A stretch of 64,000 nt of DNA from a virus, in the IMG/VR virus record IMGVR_UViG_3300041964_000082, positions 30,715 through 94,714 of that record; one strand, written 5' to 3'. Shown piece by piece: positions 56,247 to 64,000 of the stretch (the stretch's first letter is position 1; each line of letters opens with the position of its first letter). Under the pieces are notes generated by a model, which did not search any database, had not been told where the DNA came from, and saw only the letters and a program-made list of their open reading frames with translations. The translations under genes and the position numbers were made by a program.

Positions 56247-59200
56247 GTGGCAAGTCTCGGAACCCTCAATCTTGTTTTATCCGCAGACTCTAGTCCGCTA
56301 CGCAAAGAGCTAAGCGGAGTCACACGCGAAGCCCAATTTGCCGCCAAAGCAATTCAAGGCATCTCCACAGGCGAAAGCTTTAGCGGTGCAGGGCTTCAGG
56401 TTCTAAGCTCAACCATCATTGGACTAGTTGACGATACCCATCGGCTAGGCAATGAATTCAAGCTCACCACCTCGCTAGTTGAAAACCTAAAAAACGGAAT
56501 TGGTGGTCTTGCTGCCCTGCCGATTCCCGACTTTCAGGCAGAAGCTTTATCCTCACTGGGGCTAGGACAGGTTTCTAGCAGTCTAGAGGTTTTGAGTCTT
56601 GCCTCTACAGGGTTAAAGACGCTGGCGATCGCTCAAGGGATCGCTCAAAACGCGATTGTAGCTTTTAGCGGTGCGCTCGAAACGCTGAGAGTAAACCTCA
56701 AGTTAGTCAGCTATTTCTTCGAGGATATTGGCAATTCACTCAGGGCAGCAGGGGCAATGTTTGCGCCCCTGGTTGGCTTGATGGATGGCGCTGGTCGCGC
56801 ATTCGATCGACTGTCGGAAGGGGCGGGCGACGTTAAAGGCAGGATGATTCTGCCTGGGTTTCGGTTGGCAGCTTTGGGCAGCAACTCCAGAAATTTATCG
56901 GAGCCGCCGAAAAATTCCAGTCGGCAATGGAAGATCTAGGCGAAGCTGCGATCTTTTTAATCAGTGGCAAAACCTAACGACATCTTTGATGCGTTTTTTG
57001 GCGGACTTCAAGAGAATTTTGACGCCGCTCGCAACTTTGAAACGCTAAATAATCGCTTGAACTTACCTCTACATCAGCAGGGTGGAGCGAGAGAAGATCT
57101 AGCCTTCCTTCGGCAAACAGCCAAAGATCTAGGACTAGACTTCAAGGCGGTTAGTGAGGGTTTCGCCCAATTCTCAGCAGCAGCAAAACTAGCAGGGCTA
57201 CAGCGCGATCAGACCAAGCAAGTCTTCACAGATGTATCGCAAGCCGCCTCTGTGATGGGTCTGTCGGCTGAGAGACCTCTGGAGTATTTCTAGCACTGCG
57301 GCAAAGTTTATCAGGTGGAACAGTTCAGCTAGAAGAATTAAACCAATTAGCTGAGCGTGTACCAGGTGCATTTGCTGCTGCTGCCCAAGCGCTAGGGGTA
57401 ACGACAGGCGAGGTTAAAGGCTTGATTTCGGCGGGCAATGTTTCCTCAGCCGACTTTATTCCTAAATTTGCTGCTGCTCTTGCTTCTGTCACCGAGTCCG
57501 GCGTTACTGATGCGATGGGTTCTGGCACAGCAGCGGTCAATCGTTTTAATAACGCGCTGGGCGAAGTGTCGGTTTCACTTGGTAAAGATCTGCTATCATT
57601 CGGTACGCCTGCAATCAATGCCTTTGCCAAAGTGCTTGAATTTGGCGCAGAAAATGCTGAATTGTTGGAACTGCTGTCGATGCATTCCTCGTTGCCGCAG
57701 CAGTACGAGGGGCGGGCGCAGTAGGCAAGATGGGCAGCGTGAGTGCTAGCTTCGTCGCGCAAGGCGGCAAAGGCTCGATCGCAATGCAACTATTTGGGCA
57801 GCAAATCTCGCTTACGACTGCACAGATCGGGAAACTGGCAGCGCAAGCAGGCTTAACTTTCGCTGCCCTAACGGTTTTTTACAAAGTACTCGATCGATTT
57901 AAGGATGGCGGCGGCGAAACCCAAAAGGCAATCGACAGCCTTAACAAGTCCCTGGCTGATCTAAATCAAGCTGCTGGAAATACCACGCCACTTGCTGCAA
58001 TCATTCCTGAAAATCCACCTTCAACCGATTTTCTTGACACATTTGTCCACAAACTAAATGACGCCAACGCTGCAATCAATCGCTTGTTTGGACTGGATGA
58101 AGGCTTTGGCAGACTGACCACCAATGCTGATAAACAGCTAAACGATCAGCTGATCGCGATCGGAGAATTCGGACAAAAAGCGCAGGAGATTTTAGGGCAA
58201 TCGCTCAGCCTGCGTGAACAAAACAAAAGCGGCGACGGAGCGAATCAACGAACTGAAGCAGCTTGACGCAATGCTTGCCCAAATTGAGCAACGCAAAGTC
58301 AATGTTGACCCTGCCAATGAGGACGCGATCGCCCAGATCCGACAGGAAGAAGAAGCGCTATTGAAAGCGACGCGCGGACGCTCAAAAAGAGGTGCAAGCC
58401 ACCCAAAGCGCCATCAACAACGCGCTAACGCAGGCACGGCAAGAGCTTCAGAATCTTGATCCTGCTCAGATGGGGCAAGAGGGATACGATCGCGCTAAGG
58501 AGCAGATTGAGACTCAGATCACGCTCTTAGAGCGAGAGAAAACAGAACTCGATAAGGTTGCCAACGCTGCCACCCAAACCGCTCAAGTTACGGCTGACGC
58601 TTTCAGCAAGTCAAATCACGAGATTGAAGCGGCTACCAGCAGCGGCAGGCAGCGATCGCAGAAGCGCTGGCAAGTGGAGAAATTGACGAAGAGCAATCGA
58701 GAGAACGATCGCTACAGGCTGAGCAAGAATACTTACAGCAAAAGCTGGAACTGAACCGATCTCAGCTTGAAAAGTTGCGGGCAGAACTGGAGAAAAACGC
58801 CAAACTGCGGGCGATCGATCCTGCTGCTGCCACACTGACGGCAGATCAAGAGAAAGCAATACGCAGAGCAGGTAAAGCAGCTTGAACTGAGACGGCACAG
58901 ACCCGCATTCAGATCGCCCAGAACACCGCGAGGGCAAGCAGCAAGCGCTAGAGGATGAACTGAAAGGCATTGAGCAAGCCAACAGCGAGGCTGAGGCGGC
59001 AGTACGCCAAAGTCAGAGCGAACGCACAGCCGCTATCCGTCAGCAGCAGCTAGCAGGCACGGTGGGAGAGGAGGAAGCGCAGCCAGAATTGCCGAAATTC
59101 AGCGCGACTCGATCGCTGAGCAAATCGACCTTGAGCGCGACAAACTCGCTCAGCTTGCAGAACTGGAAGCGCTGGCACAATTCCAGCAGAGGAAGCCGCC

Positions 59201-61411
59201 AAGCGTCGACTAGACATCCAAAGCGAAATCAGTGACCTCAGCTTGCAGCAGATTGAAGCTGAACTCGATGCCCGTCTAGAAGCAGAACGCAAGGCGGCAG
59301 ACGAGGCAAAAGAACTGCGGGATTCGGTAAACGTCGATGCGACTCGCGAAACCACACAGGTGCGAGTGCGGCAGGCAGGCGGCGAAATTAATGAGGCAGA
59401 AGCCGCAGCAGAAATTGCAGAAATTACCGCTAACGCCACTGCGCGGCAGATTGAACTCGTAGAGCAGCGACTGGGAGTGGTGCGGCGTGGCAGCGACGAA
59501 GAGAAGGACTTAACCAGAGAACTTGCTGACTTGCAGCAGCAGTCCGCAGAACAGGAAATCGCCCGTCAAGAGCAGGTGAAGCAGGCGCGACTAGAGGCGA
59601 TCGAACGTGCCAACGAACAAGCTGCGGCGGCAATCGAGTCAGGCGCAAGACCGCAGAAATTACCGCAGTCCGGCAGTTGCAAGCTCAGCGAATTGTCAGC
59701 GCTGAAGAAGCAGAGGCAAGAATTGCTGCAATTCAGCAACGCGGATTGGCAGGTGAAGTAGCCCAAACCCAGCAGCAGATCGCCCAAATTCAGCAGCTTC
59801 GAGCGGAAGCGTTCTTAGTGAAGAAGAAGCGATCGAGCGACTGTCAGACCTAAGGGCGAACTTGGCGAACTAAATCAACAGCGAGTTGAAATGAAATCGA
59901 CGCGCAAGAGCGATTAAAGCAGGCTCGATTGGATGCAATGGAAAGCGCCAATCGTCAAGCAGAGCGGCGATCGATCAGTCGCAAACCGCAGGGATCACTG
60001 CAATTAGAGCTTGCAGGGCCAGCGAATAATTTCAGAGGAAGAAGCCCGCGAAGAAATCGCAGCGCTACAGCAGGAAGGACTTGATCAGGAGATTGCCCAA
60101 ACTCAAGAGCAAATTACAGAAATTCAGCGACTTCGATCTGAAGGCGTTCTCAGCGAAGAAGAAGCTACTAACAGGCTGATCGACCTAAATGGAGAATTAG
60201 GAGACCTTAACCAGGAACGAATCGACGCAGAAATTGACTCTCAAGAGAGACTAAGAGAGTCGCGAATAAAATCCCTTAATGAAGAGCTAGACTTCAAGCG
60301 CAAATCAGCAGAAGCCGATCAGGGACTCAACCAAATTGCGATCGACTCTATTAAAAATGAAAACAATCTTCTGTCTGCTCAAAGCAGTCTGCTTGAGGCT
60401 CAATCAGGGCTAGCAGAGCAGCGACTTCAATACGCATTAGAAGACGCTGAAACGGCAGGCAATAGCGCTCAGGCTGATCAGATCAGACAGCAAATTCTCA
60501 GCCAGCAAACTGTTGCTCAAGAAAAGCAGTTTGCGATCGCTCGACAGCAACTTGAACTTAAGCGTGAACAGGTCGCACTGGAATCACAGCAGCGGCAGAT
60601 TCAAGCTGACATCGCGATTACAGAAGCCGAAGTTGCGCTCTCCACAGCGGCAATCAATGGTGAAAATCAACAGGTGATCGCAGGGCTAGAGCGAATTTTA
60701 GACCTAAGACGGCAGCAGCGAAAGGCAGTCAATGACCAGAACAGAGCGCAAGAGCGATCGCTTGAACTTGAGCAGCAAACGCTCACCACTCAGCAGCAGC
60801 AAACGCGAGAGCAGCAGGCACGGCAGCGGGCGCAGGCAAACAACAGAAACTCAGGCAGCGGCAGTGGTTCGGGCGGTCAATCAGGATCGGGATCAGGATC
60901 TTCTGGAGGCTCAAGGAGTTCTGGATCAAGCTTCGGATCGAGATCTGGACTTGCACCCAGCCGATCGCTTGTCAGTCGAGAGTCGCTGGTCGCTGCAATG
61001 GGTGCGGGAAGTATGCCAGCTAACTTCAGCTATGGCGGATCGGTGGCAGTCAGATGCGGCAAGCGGAATGGCGCACACCAGAATGGAGCGATGGACGATC
61101 GACACCAGTACAAAGTCCTGCTGCTTCGACAATGGCAGCATCTAGGCAGTTAAGTCCTTTGCAGTTGCAAGGGCTATCACAGGCGGGCTTACAGCGCAAT
61201 GCGCAAGCAAATCGCGCAGCTCAGCCACAGACTACAGGAACGTTAACAGCTAGCCAATTCAATAGCGGAATTAATCAGCTATCGCAAAGGATCGTTCAGC
61301 TTGCGAATGCGCCCACGCGCTGTAACATTCCAAACACCCGAACCCGTTCGTGACTATCAGCGAATCTCCAGTGATTTAATGTCTTCTCGCGCTAGAGCAG
61401 CAGGAATATGA
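56247..61411 (+). CDS. Tape measure protein (many frameshifts)
   Basis: MASLGTLNLVLSAD start; TMP domain EELNQLAERVPGA...FIPKF; long E/Q/A coiled-coil repeats. Confidence 0.85.
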
Positions 61412-61860
61412 AACCAGGAACGATCGAACTCTACGCAGGCGGCATGATGCTCTTACTGGAACTATTCACTGAGGGGACTTTTCCGCGCGAAGATCTTGAG
61501 CCAACAGGCATCACTATCTCACCCTATGGAACGCCCGCGACAGACGGTACAACCTATCACATGAGCATCTGGAACTTGACGGTATTGCTAACTGAAAAAG
61601 ATGCTGAGAAATTAGCAAGAATGTATCGGCTCAGCAAAAGTCAAAATATTTTGATAGTCGATCGCACCGATCGCTATTGGGAACCCACACAAACCAGAGC
61701 GATCGCGTCTGGAGACGTGGCAGTCGTAGAAGACGGAATGACAGGTTACTTTGCTCAGTTTTATGGGCGAATCACTCAGGCGATCAAGCAAGACAAAGAA
61801 GGTAGAATGCGGGCGATACAGTTACAGTTGACCGAAACTGACAAAGTGCCGATCGCATGA
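61408..61860 (+). CDS. Distal tail protein-like
   Basis: Directly after the tape measure gene; ends IQLQLTETDKVP. Confidence 0.55.
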   Translation: MKPGTIELYAGGMMLLLELFTEGTFPREDLEPTGITISPYGTPATDGTTYHMSIWNLTVLLTEKDAEKLARMYRLSKSQNILIVDRTDRYWEPTQTRAIASGDVAVVEDGMTGYFAQFYGRITQAIKQDKEGRMRAIQLQLTETDKVPIA

Positions 61861-62142
61861 GCATGAGCGAAGATCTGCAATTACTAAAGCAATTAGGCTT
61901 GTCGCTGGTACTGCGCAATGGGCAATGGTATTGCGGTCAATTTGCGGCGACTTCGAGGGCGATGAAGGCTATTTAGACGAACATGGAAGGATTGATGGGC
62001 TTCTATACAATGCCGGGGTAGCTGATACCATCCCTAAAGCGATCGCGCTTGCTGTTGTCGCTCGTCAAAGTGTGCGGCAGCGATCGAAGAATTGAAATTA
62101 AATCAGTAGGAATTCTCACGGCAGCTTATCTAGCGCTGCCTA

Positions 62143-63983
62143 ATGACCGTCGATCGCAGTTCCCGCCCTTTCAAAATCGTCGTTGCTGCGCCTGGTGAAT
62201 CGATCGCGCAAGGTCTGGATGTAACCGCGATCGTTAAGTCGTTCAGCGGTAGCTGCAACCTACTCGATCAAAGTGGAATTCAATCTTGGACAGGCGACAT
62301 AGTATTAAATGCTTATTCGCCAGGAATCACGATCGAGTGCAACCCCAGACGCGATCGCAGTTCGTTGGGCACGTGGCAATCGTGTAGTGATTTGGCTGGC
62401 AGACAGTACAGGTGCGCTAGTCAGATATAAGACGGTTCACATCCTCAAAGAACCGCTACCGCCCACGCCAAGAGTCCGCCCAACTATCACCCTAGACATT
62501 GGTGATAAGCTTGCGCTCCTTGACTTTAGGCAACCACCGGGGATGAAAGCGGCGTTGCACCCGGTACAACCAGCACTCGATCGGATGTCGTAGGCATCCC
62601 TGCTACGGGCGGCAGGGGCAGGCAATCTCACCGGATCAATTCCTGGTGATGTAATTGCCCATTGCAAAAGTTAGGCAGTGAAGGTTTATCCAGCAGGCAG
62701 GGCAGATTGCTTTGCCGCTGGAGATATCTCTGGTGTGATGCCACTGGAGATGTTCGCGCTTCGGCAATTCCTGACGATGAGGACGCAACCGCACCACGCC
62801 TGAATAGTAATCAGCAAGACGAACTTGGATGAAGCGATCAGCAGCGATGAAACGCCTTGTCGAAAATTGTCCGGTGTACGGGTATGACATATTACGAAGT
62901 TTACGGACGACTACATCAAAAGCACTGTTGAAACGTGGGGGCCAGCGCGAGCGTAAGCCCCAACGCAGGCGGCATCACAATCTTTGACAGAAGAAACGAT
63001 CGAGGAGTCTTGGGGACCAAACTCACGAACCGTCAGAACTACCGAGTAGAACGCGCGGGCTTGTCTTCCGATGTATGAGAGCATTCGAATTGCCTAGTGA
63101 CTAGCCTCGATCAAGAGGAAAACGTTCGTCTACGACCAGGATTAGAAGGGAAGCTGCTACGGATTGAGAAGCATGTTCGCAAAGCCTATGGCGTGGCACT
63201 GCGCGAATATTACGCCACCACAATCTGCGCAAGAGCATGGCAAACAATCGATCTAACATGAATCGCGGGCTGAGCGCACAATCACGACTATCGACTACAG
63301 CCTAGAGCAGACGATCGGAGTCTACAGCGATACGTCAGAACCACAGGGCGCGATCTTGCCTGGTGAAGATTGGACGTTTGGTAACCCTGCTTTTTTAGTG
63401 CCTTCTGCCGCTGAGAATCAAACCTGGAAAGAGGTCTATAAGGGTGAATGGAAATACACGAAATCGACCTATGAAGCAGTTGCGCGGGCATTTCCAGAGG
63501 TGATCGAGGCGATGCTGCCGGATACGCCAACCTCGGCAAAGTTGGGGATCTTGCTCACCGATAACAGACCGTAACTAGCAACTCAGGACAGGCGCAACCG
63601 CCTGCACCCGATCGACGGAAACCGAAAACAACCACAGAAGAAAGACCGATCGAAGGTGTGGCAGAATTCCGCTCTTACGCAGGCGCAGAGTATCAGGAGA
63701 GAGAGCGCACCTACGATGTACCCTACGCCGATCAAGAAGAGTTAAACGCCACAGCAAGACGACTAGGCAACTTACTGATCGGGCGACATTAGGGCAGAAT
63801 ATCGAGTTCGCGCTGAGTGACTATTGGCTGAACGATCGACCACCATTGCAGACAATATCGGTGATTGAGCCTGACAGTCGTGAGTATAAATTCCTGCTGA
63901 ATAATATTGCGATCGCGTTCGATAACCGCACCTGTTTTTTAGGGGGCGATGGCATTTGGCTAGGGGAGATTGTTGATGACTAA
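62143..63983 (+). CDS. Tail tip/baseplate hub protein (heavily frameshifted)
   Basis: Position after the Dit-like gene; preceded by the late promoter motif. Confidence 0.5.
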
Positions 63984-64000
63984 ACGCCTGAAGCTACCTT

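Larger units (their letters stand above)
1..64000. mobile_element. Temperate siphovirus-like phage/prophage of a cyanobacterium (partial; extends beyond both edges)
   Basis: Terminase, portal, capsid, tail tube, tape measure, CI/Cro-like switch and replication genes; very high HIP1 (GCGATCGC) density. Confidence 0.93.

Noticed and set aside
60850-60945. Gly/Ser-rich repeat
   Set aside because: Low-complexity linker within the tape measure protein
1-64000. Widespread frameshifts read as real pseudogenisation or recoding
   Set aside because: Single-base indels hit nearly all long genes with few in-frame nonsense changes, which is typical of uncorrected long reads; prophage decay cannot be excluded

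Overview
This window covers most of a temperate siphovirus-like phage or prophage of a cyanobacterium; the HIP1 octamer GCGATCGC and its CGATCG core are extremely frequent. The left part (1-31 kb) holds the early genes: a primase-helicase fusion, a single-strand annealing protein, two DNA methyltransferases, a CI/Cro-like switch with operators, several HTH/RHH regulators, HNH and GIY-YIG nucleases, an SF2 helicase with a membrane-protein operon, and an IS605-family TnpB element inserted in a gene. The right part holds two divergent late operons around a phage SigB/F-like sigma factor. The leftward operon runs TerS, intein-containing TerL, portal, scaffold, HNH, SPP1-gp13-like capsid, head-completion and fibre genes. 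The rightward operon runs a giant MuF multi-domain protein, tail tube, G/GT-type chaperone, lipoprotein moron, tape measure and tail tip. Many long genes are broken by single-base indels, most likely long-read errors. The most notable items are: (1) a terminase intein whose HNH homing endonuclease is overprinted in a different reading frame, with both frames open for 223 codons; (2) a conserved RGGAAYNCT motif before nearly every late gene block, probably read by the phage sigma; (3) a MuF protein carrying hydrolase, degenerate peptidase and GNAT domains; (4) a stand-alone mini-gene copying the tape-measure domain; (5) a secreted peptide with a DUF928-like motif; (6) an EcoHK31I-type two-frame C5 methyltransferase. 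No integrase or lysis genes were recognised. All assignments come from reading motifs by eye, without database searches.
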